Shown here piece after piece: positions 1-7,995 of a stretch of DNA of 64,000 nucleotides. Each line of letters begins with the position of its first letter. Position 1 is the first letter of the stretch. This stretch comes from an uncultured Bdellovibrio sp. (GTDB taxonomy: Bacteria; Bdellovibrionota; Bdellovibrionia; Bdellovibrionales; Bdellovibrionaceae): contig CAWVRN010000005.1 of the NCBI GenBank assembly GCA_963932905.1, positions 119,293 through 183,292 on the forward strand, read 5' to 3'. The position numbers were made by a program, and so were the translations under genes. A model generated the notes under the pieces. The model was not told the DNA's origin. It made no database searches and saw nothing but the letters and a program-made list of their open reading frames with translations.

Positions 1-1277
1 ATTCACGATAATTTCGGCCCCTTTATTGGCTAAACCCACTGAAAATTCCGGGAATAGGCCTTCATAACAGATTTGTGCACCAATATGGACGTAATCGCTC
101 TTTGTCTGGTCTTTTGGATACATTAAAATCGTAGGGCCAGGGCCGCGTCCAAAATTGGAAACGAACGGCAGAATTTTTCCTAAAATAGGGAACTGTTCGC
201 TAAATGGTAAATATTCTCCAAATGCAAGTAATTGGGTCTTGTGGTAAGCCCGCGTGAATTCATGTCCTCTAGAGTCCATCAAAAAGAGCGCATTAAAAAC
301 AGATCGTTCAGGATCGGTGATCGTCGTATCTTTTGAAAAAGCCCCGGTTAAGAGTGCTTTTTGATTTTTAGCTAAAAATTCTGAAATCAGTTTATGATTT
401 TTTTGATGAGTAAACGCTGAATTTAAATACTCGGGGATCGCAACTTCCGGCCAAATAATTATGTCTACGTCGGAATTTTCAGCTAATGCTGCTTCACTCA
501 TTTGTATGTATTTTTTTGCAATTTCGTCACGAAAACCTTTGCCCTTTTCCGCAAACATTCGTTCTAAATTACCAATATTGGCTTGAATTTGAAGAATTTT
601 AAGTTCGCTGTCTGTGCTTCGCCATTTTTGTGCATGGATATAACCAGCCACATTTAGAACGACAAACACGGCTAAAGCAATCAGTACAGGTTTAACAATC
701 TGCTTTGTCGAAAATTTTTCAGACGAGGTACGAAATGCAAAATAGAAAATGGCTGCTTGGGCTACGTAGATCAAGAATGACAATCCATCAAAGCCGATAA
801 CGTCAGCAAATTGATACACGGGAAGTTTGGACCAGAAAATGGTGTAACCTAAGTGCCAGGGAAATATGCCCGGCCAAAGAGTTTCACATAAAAATGCAAG
901 CGCCGCAAGGGACACAATGCTGTGGCCAAAGCTCAAGCGGAACTGTCTTCGAATCAAGAAAATAAAATAGGTCGATATGGCGATGTAGATATGGGCCAGA
1001 GCGCAGAACAGCAGCAATACTACGATCGCTACGGGCCATGGAAATCCTCCGAACGCCTTGGCTGTGTAGGCGATCCAGTGAAAACCAATCAGCGTTAATG
1101 TGAATTGAGTCACCCAACCCGCAATAAATGCCTCGCGTGGTGTTTTCGCTTGAAAAAATACCCAGTACCACAGCGGAAGATAGCTGAAAAACAGTCCCCA
1201 GGGATAAAAAGGGATGTAACTTGTGCCGATGATCAAACCACTTAAAATACCTAGACGATATTTCTTGAAAAACCCAT
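1..1277 (-). CDS. lnt: Apolipoprotein N-acyltransferase (3' end beyond window)
   Basis: Not in ORF track. Manual minus-strand translation from ATG 1277 (MGFFKKYRLG...) gives a multi-TM N-terminus, then CN-hydrolase motifs IQANI, IIWPE, FNALF, YHKTQLLAFGEYLP and ICYEG. Confidence 0.93.
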
Positions 1278-1312
1278 AAATCTTGTTCATGATTATTATA
1301 TTGAATGGATAT

Positions 1313-2134
1313 ATGGATAAAATAACAACTGAAAAATTAAACACTCCGGAAGATTATTTAACGATTCGCTGCCCACAGTGTTTAAAACTTTTTATGGTTC
1401 AAGAAGTACAAATCAAGACCGTTTATCCTGAATTCACTTGCACAGGTTGTAAATGCCATTTTGCATTTGAATATCCGGTACCAAATCGTGACTCAATCAT
1501 AACATTTCAAGTAGCTCCGACTCAGTTTGAATTCAAAAAGAAATGCCCTAAGTGTGAACATCTGCAAAACGAGAAAAATGAAATTTGCAGTGCGTGTGGA
1601 GTAGTTATTGAAAACTTCCTATTGATGAAAAATGAAACCTACCCACGAGTCAGCGTTGATTTGATCAAGTTATGGAATGACGTACTTCAGGAATTTGAAA
1701 ATGGATATAATCACGAATTGTTTATAAACCAATGTCGATCAAAACAAAAATTAGATTACGCTGAATTTAAATATAAAGAGCTGGGACGACGTGCTGGCGA
1801 TGAAACGATGGTTACGCCGTGGTTAGAAAAGATCAATCCGCCAAAGTACGATGTGAATTACAAAGAAAAGGTGATTGAAGAGCAAATCAACAACGCTACT
1901 ACGGTTTCAGACAAACCAATGCCTCGAATTTTAGGCTATTTGGTGTCAGCGTATTCTTATTTAGTTAAACACAATTATTTCTATCTGATTGGAACTCTGG
2001 CGGGAGTTTTATTAATTGTGATGGGTATTTCGACACCGGGAAAGCGAAATCAAATCGGCTTAGGAATCGCTTTACTACTAAGTTCAATTGGTTTCTATGT
2101 TTTTAGAAACAATCCTCAACAAAAGAAAAAATAA
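1313..2134 (+). CDS. Zinc-ribbon membrane protein (several CxxC pairs, two C-terminal TM helices)
   Basis: CPQC/CTGC and CPKC/CSAC pairs, hydrophobic C-terminus. ATG 1313 preferred over TTG 1283. Confidence 0.7.
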   Translation: MDKITTEKLNTPEDYLTIRCPQCLKLFMVQEVQIKTVYPEFTCTGCKCHFAFEYPVPNRDSIITFQVAPTQFEFKKKCPKCEHLQNEKNEICSACGVVIENFLLMKNETYPRVSVDLIKLWNDVLQEFENGYNHELFINQCRSKQKLDYAEFKYKELGRRAGDETMVTPWLEKINPPKYDVNYKEKVIEEQINNATTVSDKPMPRILGYLVSAYSYLVKHNYFYLIGTLAGVLLIVMGISTPGKRNQIGLGIALLLSSIGFYVFRNNPQQKKK

Positions 2135-2139
2135 TAGTA

Positions 2140-3507
2140 CTACTGGATCTGATTGTCTTTCTTGTCACCCAAACGCTTTGTTGGGGTATTGGATTTTTGT
2201 ACAGCTTCCATCAAGCTTTTGCCAAATGGATTTTGTGTAAGTTCTCTGTTCCCTTTGGTCGTTGTGCTGAATTCATCATGCACAGGACCGCTGACCATCA
2301 CGCCATTGGCAGACATTCCTTGATCTAAAATTGTTAGTGCTTTGAATAGATTCAAAGATCTTGATGTGCGAGTCTTTAATGCTAACGTTGGCGAAGCATC
2401 ACCCGTTGATAGAATATATTTTTTAATATCATCAAATTTGAAGTCAGGTTTGTTCGCTTTCACCAGAACTGCAGCCCCCGTTACAAACGCAGTGGCTTGA
2501 GATGTCCCCGTCATAAAACCGTAAGAATTTCCCGGCAGAGTCGAAATAATATTCTGTCCGGGTGCCGCGATATCAACTGTTTCCGTTCCGAAGTTACTTG
2601 TTGAAAGCACGTCTTTGCTGGGGTCCATGGCGGTAACGCTAATGATATTAGTTAATTTATAGTCAGCGGGGTAGTAGTGGAATTGATCAGAGTTTGACCG
2701 TTCGTTACCAGCGGCGGCTACGAACAAGATACCATTTTTTTCAGCTTTTTTAACGGCCTCAAATTCTTCTTGAGAATAGTCAGTTCCACCACCAGAATAA
2801 TTGATAATTTGGGCACCCATTTTGATGGCGTAATTAATACTGTTGATTGTATTTTTTAAATTGTCTGTGTTCGTTACTTTTGGATCATAATACTTGATGA
2901 TCATCAAGCTGACCTCAGGAGAAATTCCGCTAATACCTTTTTGATTACCGGCTTCAGCTCCGATTATACCTGCTATATGAGTACCGTGACCGTGATTGTC
3001 TGTTAGGTCGTTTGATGAAGCGACAAAGTTCCAACCGTAAACGTCATCTACATACCCATTTTTATCGTCATCAATACCATTTTTGGCCTTGTCTTTTCCG
3101 TTTTTATCTAGACCTGTTTCACCTGGGTTTTTCCAAAGGTTTGACTTAATGTCTTCGTGGTTGATGTCAATGCCAGTATCAATAACTGCGACAACAACAT
3201 TTTTGCTACCATGAGTTACTTTCCATGCGCGGGCTGCGTCTGATTTTTTCAAACCCCAGGCTTGTTTAATGGCAGGGTCATTAAATAAGGCACTCGGCTC
3301 ATTTTCAACTTTATCTTGTTTAGAAATAACTTCCGATTTTTCAAATTCACGTAGCCCCGATTTGCCTTTTTTCTTGGCTGCATCTGTGGATCGGCTAGCT
3401 AGACTTGAGAAATCGGCTTTGTCCTCGAGATTAAAAAATAAGGCGAGCGACACCAGCGAGAACAAGAAAAATAGTCCTAAAATAATTGTGGCTTTCAATG
3501 ATTGCAT
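2140..3507 (-). CDS. S8 family serine peptidase (subtilase)
   Basis: VAVIDTG, HGHGTHIAG, AAAGN and GTSQA catalytic motifs; N-terminal signal/TM. Confidence 0.93.
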   Translation of the reverse strand: MQSLKATIILGLFFLFSLVSLALFFNLEDKADFSSLASRSTDAAKKKGKSGLREFEKSEVISKQDKVENEPSALFNDPAIKQAWGLKKSDAARAWKVTHGSKNVVVAVIDTGIDINHEDIKSNLWKNPGETGLDKNGKDKAKNGIDDDKNGYVDDVYGWNFVASSNDLTDNHGHGTHIAGIIGAEAGNQKGISGISPEVSLMIIKYYDPKVTNTDNLKNTINSINYAIKMGAQIINYSGGGTDYSQEEFEAVKKAEKNGILFVAAAGNERSNSDQFHYYPADYKLTNIISVTAMDPSKDVLSTSNFGTETVDIAAPGQNIISTLPGNSYGFMTGTSQATAFVTGAAVLVKANKPDFKFDDIKKYILSTGDASPTLALKTRTSRSLNLFKALTILDQGMSANGVMVSGPVHDEFSTTTKGNRELTQNPFGKSLMEAVQKSNTPTKRLGDKKDNQIQ

Positions 3508-3592
3508 CTACAACTTTCCTTTTCTGCCTCTTATGATTAGTTTATCGGGAAGTTGTTGCTAAAAATAATGGGATCTTGAAAATAAATCGAAA

Positions 3593-4648
3593 GTGTATCA
3601 GTATGAGAAAACTATGATGCAATATTTTAAAATTTCGTTTCTATTCACATTTATTGGACTTGTTCTGGCAGCGTGGCTTGGTTTTTCGGCGCATGGCGTG
3701 GCAGGTCTAGTTCAAACTGTCTTTATCGCAGCCGTTTTAGCTGTACTTGAAATTTCACTCTCGTTTGACAATGCGATAGTGAATGCCGTTATTTTGAAAA
3801 AAATGACGCCATTGTGGCGTCACCGATTTCTAACCTGGGGTATTGCTATTGCAGTGTTTGGCATGCGGTTAGTTTTCCCAGTGGCCTTGGTCAGTATCGT
3901 AGCGCAAATTAATCCGCTGGCGGCATTGAACATGGCGATTTTTGATCCTAATGCCTATGCTGAACGAATGTTATCGGCCCATCTTGAAGTGGCGGCGTTT
4001 GGCGGCAGTTTCTTGTTGTTGGTTGGATTGAAGTTTTTCTACGACGAAGAAAAAGATGAGCATTGGATTAGTTTTATTGAGAAACCTTTAGCCAAGTTGG
4101 GTCGCTTGCGTGCCATTGAGATTGCAATTTCTTTGGTGGTTCTTGCTGTCATCACGACATTTTTACCCGACGAAGAAAAAATTCGATTCTTAAAATCAGG
4201 TGTGTGGGGTGTGATAACTTACGTTGCCGTTGATGGTATTGGTGCCTGGTTAGAATTTTCGGGCGAACAGCAAAATGATATCAATCGCGCCAGTGCCGGG
4301 ATGTTTTTGTACCTGGAAGTTCTTGATGCTTCATTCAGTTTTGACGGTGTTATTGGCGCATTTGCAATCACTCAGAACTTGTTTATCATCATGATTGGTC
4401 TAAGTATCGGAGCTTTCTTCGTTCGTAGTTTAACAATCATGTTTGTTGAGAAGGAAACATTAGCCAAATTTGCTTACCTAGAACACGGTGCTTTTTATGC
4501 AATTCTGTCACTCGCGATCATGATGCTACTGGATCCATTTGTTCATATTCCCGAATGGATTACGGGTTTACTTGGCGCTGCCATCATCACAGTTTCCTTT
4601 ATTTGGAGTGTGAAGTTTGCTCCACTTTCAGAGTCAGATAAGTCGTAA
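3593..4648 (+). CDS. DUF475/TerC-like integral membrane protein
   Basis: LEISLSFDNAIVNA and LEVLDASFSFDGVIGAFA motifs. Start may be ATG near 3614. Confidence 0.88.
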   Translation: MYQYEKTMMQYFKISFLFTFIGLVLAAWLGFSAHGVAGLVQTVFIAAVLAVLEISLSFDNAIVNAVILKKMTPLWRHRFLTWGIAIAVFGMRLVFPVALVSIVAQINPLAALNMAIFDPNAYAERMLSAHLEVAAFGGSFLLLVGLKFFYDEEKDEHWISFIEKPLAKLGRLRAIEIAISLVVLAVITTFLPDEEKIRFLKSGVWGVITYVAVDGIGAWLEFSGEQQNDINRASAGMFLYLEVLDASFSFDGVIGAFAITQNLFIIMIGLSIGAFFVRSLTIMFVEKETLAKFAYLEHGAFYAILSLAIMMLLDPFVHIPEWITGLLGAAIITVSFIWSVKFAPLSESDKS

Positions 4649-5495
4649 TTAAAATGATAGCGGCTCCCATCAATTGCAGCGGAGCCAATGTTTCATTCAG
4701 AAATATATAACCAAACAAAAAAGCAAATGGCGATTCAAGTAGGAAAAACTGACTAGCTGTTTCTGAACTGATGGTTTTTTGCGCTCGCACCTGAATTGTG
4801 AAAGCAACAATACTAGATCCAATTGCCAGCTGAAAAATACCATACCATGAGATCAAAGATCCCGAATTCCAAGCCAGTTTATCTTGAGTTAGATAAAGTG
4901 GCAAAATACAGATCAGAGTCCAAAAGTTTTGAAAACTGTTAAATCGAAACGACGATTTCGATCGTGGAGCTAAGATACCCACAGCAATGATTTGTAAAGC
5001 AGCGATGACTGACGAACCCAGTGTCCACCAATCACCCGTGATGATATCTGGACTTTCAGAGAAAATATTGAGCAAAAACATAGTCCCGATAAGGGCAATA
5101 AACGCGAGACCATAAAATTTAATATCGACTTTGGCTCGAAAAAAAAACTGATTCAAAAACGGCAAGATTAGAACGTAGAGAGTTGTAATAAAGGCGCTTT
5201 TTGTTGCTGTGGTTGTTTGCAACCCGATCGTTTGCGGAATCATTAATAGTGCCAGCAAAATCCCCGGCCACAAGGCTAGGCTCCACTCGCTGAAGGATTC
5301 AAAAAATAGCTTTCGATCAAAGACAAGTAAACAAATTTCACCGATTAGAAATGCGAGCAAGTAACGATAAAAAAGAACATCGGCCACAGAGAAATCTATC
5401 AAAGCCCATTTTGTTGCAAGAAAGCCGAATCCCCACAATGCCCCTGCGAAAAGTAGCTCAAGCGCGGCTCGATTTTTAGAAATTTGTTTGTTCAT
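4599..5495 (-). CDS. DMT/EamA family transporter
   Basis: About 10 TM; LWG.GF..TK and LESPFA motifs. 3' end overlaps the DUF475 gene by 50 bp. Confidence 0.88.
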   Translation of the reverse strand: MNKQISKNRAALELLFAGALWGFGFLATKWALIDFSVADVLFYRYLLAFLIGEICLLVFDRKLFFESFSEWSLALWPGILLALLMIPQTIGLQTTTATKSAFITTLYVLILPFLNQFFFRAKVDIKFYGLAFIALIGTMFLLNIFSESPDIITGDWWTLGSSVIAALQIIAVGILAPRSKSSFRFNSFQNFWTLICILPLYLTQDKLAWNSGSLISWYGIFQLAIGSSIVAFTIQVRAQKTISSETASQFFLLESPFAFLFGYIFLNETLAPLQLMGAAIILITTYLTLKVEQTSHSK

Positions 5496-5548
5496 TCGGA
5501 GGAATCTATATCATAATGCTGAAGGATGTCCATGGAGAAAGGATTGTT

Positions 5549-7459
5549 ATGATTTTCAAGCGTGGGTTTGTTGCCATTTTGTTTACTTCGTCTGTTGTTT
5601 TTGCTCAAATAGGAGCAAAAACAGAATATACAAAATCGTCATATTTTGAACCAGGTGAGGGAATTGTATTTCCAAATTTAGAATTGGAATACTCTCTGGA
5701 CCCTAAAACCCCGAATCAATTAAAAGTAGGAAATGCTATTTTCAATCAAAGTACCTTTTTGATTGAATTGAAAAGTCTTTATCAGCTAGATCCCGTTTTT
5801 AGGTCTCCTTTAAATCAAAAAAATGAATGGTCTTTGATTCTTCACTGGCCAAAGCACTTGTTTCCTGCTCCCGAGATAGAAATCATCTCGGGTAGTGGTC
5901 AATCGGTTTGGAGAACGGCATTGACTGAATCAGATTTGAAAGCCTGGCGGGACCGCACTGATGGGTGGAAAAAGAAGTTAGGAACTCCAAAAATTAATCC
6001 AACAGTTTTGAATTCCAGTTTTGGTTTAATTGGTGGAAGTGAGGTCAATCGCCTGCGAGATTTGTTAGCTAAATCATTTAAGTTTTGTATTTTTAATAAA
6101 ACAGGAAAGGGTGATTCTCGGTATTGCTCCCCGTTGATGGCGATCAGACAAGGTAAGAAATTATATGCATACAACGATTTAAAAAATCGTGTGTTGATCC
6201 AAAATGAAGAAGCGAAATCTGAAGATATTGTAAAAATGGATCCGTCAATTCCCGCTACTTTCTATGCAGAGTTCGCACTTGGTGGGAGTTACGAATTTAA
6301 AACAGAGGTACCGAAACCAGATTTAGTGGACATTGCAGAAATTAATGAAAAAACGTTGAAACTAACTGGCTATGGTAGCAAACCGAATATGCCGGTACGA
6401 ATTATTTCAAAAGAGGAAACCTCGAAATTAACTCGTTTTTTCGGTTTCGAAGCAACGATTAAAGACGATCGCGAATTTTGGGAAATTATGATTCCTAAAT
6501 CTTCACCTTATTTGTACTTCCCTGGACCTGCCGGAGGTGTTTTTCGCCAAGTTATTGCGGTAGATGAGGTGCCAAAAGCTAAATCACGTATCTGGGTTCA
6601 CGAAAAAACGCCCACATCCATTTATGGAAATGAAATTGCGATCAAGGCTGTAAAACCGCAAGGATCGACCGTAGAATCAGATCAGAATTCTATTGCTCCA
6701 GGTGCTACACCAAGAGAATTCATCTGGAATTTTCGCGCTGATAAAAAAGGTGAGTTAAACAAGAGTTACCTAACAGTCACACAAGGTGGAAAGAAATTCA
6801 CATCGTTTTACGAAGTCTACCGATCTCAACCAAACGAAATTTCGGGCCGCTTCACGGGTATCTTGTCGAGTTCGGGCCAAGTTATTCTAGGTGAAGTGTC
6901 TTATAATCGCTGGTTTGAATCATTACTGGGAAAAAACTCATTCTCGTTCCAACGATGGGGTTTAAATGTCCGTTATTTTAAATCATTCAACCCATTATAT
7001 GTATCAGACAGCCAAAAAGAAAATCTGACGTCATTTACAGGAGACATCAAATATAGATTCACGCCAGGTGTGTGGACTCGCGACGCTTCCATGGGTGTTA
7101 TGTTTGGATACCAAGACTTAGTCTTTGGTGATTTCAAAGCCACAATGGCCGGAGGTGGTTGGTTCTGGGCCCGCTCGATGCCAAGAGTCTTCGATAGCAT
7201 ATTCAACTTGATACCATTCATGAGATATCCAAAATGGGTTGATATGGAAGTCATCTATTACTTCTCGTCATTGAACTCGAACATCACACTCGATTCTCCG
7301 TTCAGTGTAAACTTCCATGGGCAAATTCTTTGGAGCAAAAGTTTCTTCGGCGAAGCGGGATTTGGTTTAAAACGTTACGCGTTCGTCGATAAAGACCTAA
7401 GTCAAAAAGCCGAGTTAAATACTTTCTATGGGACGGTTGGCTTAGGCATTAAATTCTAA
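5549..7459 (+). CDS. Secreted hypothetical protein with probable C-terminal outer-membrane beta-barrel
   Basis: Signal peptide after ATG 5549 (RBS AAGGA), amphipathic beta strands, terminal GLGIKF. Paralog of 45436-47166. Confidence 0.7.
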   Translation: MIFKRGFVAILFTSSVVFAQIGAKTEYTKSSYFEPGEGIVFPNLELEYSLDPKTPNQLKVGNAIFNQSTFLIELKSLYQLDPVFRSPLNQKNEWSLILHWPKHLFPAPEIEIISGSGQSVWRTALTESDLKAWRDRTDGWKKKLGTPKINPTVLNSSFGLIGGSEVNRLRDLLAKSFKFCIFNKTGKGDSRYCSPLMAIRQGKKLYAYNDLKNRVLIQNEEAKSEDIVKMDPSIPATFYAEFALGGSYEFKTEVPKPDLVDIAEINEKTLKLTGYGSKPNMPVRIISKEETSKLTRFFGFEATIKDDREFWEIMIPKSSPYLYFPGPAGGVFRQVIAVDEVPKAKSRIWVHEKTPTSIYGNEIAIKAVKPQGSTVESDQNSIAPGATPREFIWNFRADKKGELNKSYLTVTQGGKKFTSFYEVYRSQPNEISGRFTGILSSSGQVILGEVSYNRWFESLLGKNSFSFQRWGLNVRYFKSFNPLYVSDSQKENLTSFTGDIKYRFTPGVWTRDASMGVMFGYQDLVFGDFKATMAGGGWFWARSMPRVFDSIFNLIPFMRYPKWVDMEVIYYFSSLNSNITLDSPFSVNFHGQILWSKSFFGEAGFGLKRYAFVDKDLSQKAELNTFYGTVGLGIKF

Positions 7460-7474
7460 ATAAAAAATCCCAAG

Positions 7475-7713
7475 TTTTTTCGGGGGCGATAGACTCCCTT
7501 CTTAAGAAAGATTCCAGGTGTAAATGGGGATCTTTCTCTTGAATGGGAGTTTTCTTTTTTGGAGGACGCCCTCCAGGCTCGGCCACCGGTTGGCTACGCC
7601 AACAATACCGCATCCATGCGGCGGTGGAGCCTCCAAAAAAGAAAACTCCCATTCAAGAGAAAGACCGAGCTCGAATCGTTTCTTAAGAAGGGAGTCTATC
7701 GCCCCCGAAAAAA
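7475..7713. repeat. 239-nt double-stem inverted-repeat element (element 1)
   Basis: Perfect 35-bp arms 7475-7509/7679-7713 and perfect 35-bp arms 7531-7565/7630-7664, with a branched apical region. Confidence 0.95.
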
Positions 7714-7912
7714 TTCTCCACACCGCAACCTTTTTTATGACCATAGTTGTTGTTCCGTTCTTGAGATGCTTTTGGATCATAAAAAAAATGTCGGATAAAC
7801 CACGAAACCCACACAAGGCAAAACCCTCGCTTTCAAAATCTCGGGGGATTTTCCTCTCACTGCGCCAAGTCCTCTAGTCCCAAAACAATTCCGAAAACTT
7901 CGTGAAAAAAGT

Positions 7913-7928
7913 TGGCGTGCACATTGCT
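7913..7928 (+). promoter_or_regulatory. Putative sigma54 (-24/-12) promoter
   Basis: TGGCGTGCACATTGCT matches TGGCACG-N4-TTGCW with exact spacing, about 70 bp upstream of the GTG at 7996. Confidence 0.65.
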
Positions 7929-7995
7929 AACATCTATCCCGGGTTCATCAGCCAGATAAAAAAGAGTCAGTTTGGCTCTTCTACCGGGGGGTAGC

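Noticed and set aside
884..1171. 95-aa minus-strand ORF
   Set aside because: Alternative frame inside lnt.
4599..4648. 50-bp convergent gene overlap (also 31966-31992)
   Set aside because: Common in compact genomes; no sign of special function.
7475..7713. Classical MITE/IS or simple terminator interpretation
   Set aside because: No target-site duplication is seen, the terminal arms differ between the two copies, no transposase is in the window, and the stems are far longer than terminator stems. Mobilisation in trans is not excluded.
7810..7856. GGCAAAACC... resembling a c-di-GMP-I riboswitch start
   Set aside because: The downstream conserved elements are absent.
7449..7877. Four overlapping ORFs on both strands
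   Set aside because: They are by-products of the inverted repeat: the same peptide words (LRRESIAPEK, QKRKLPFKRK) appear on both strands.
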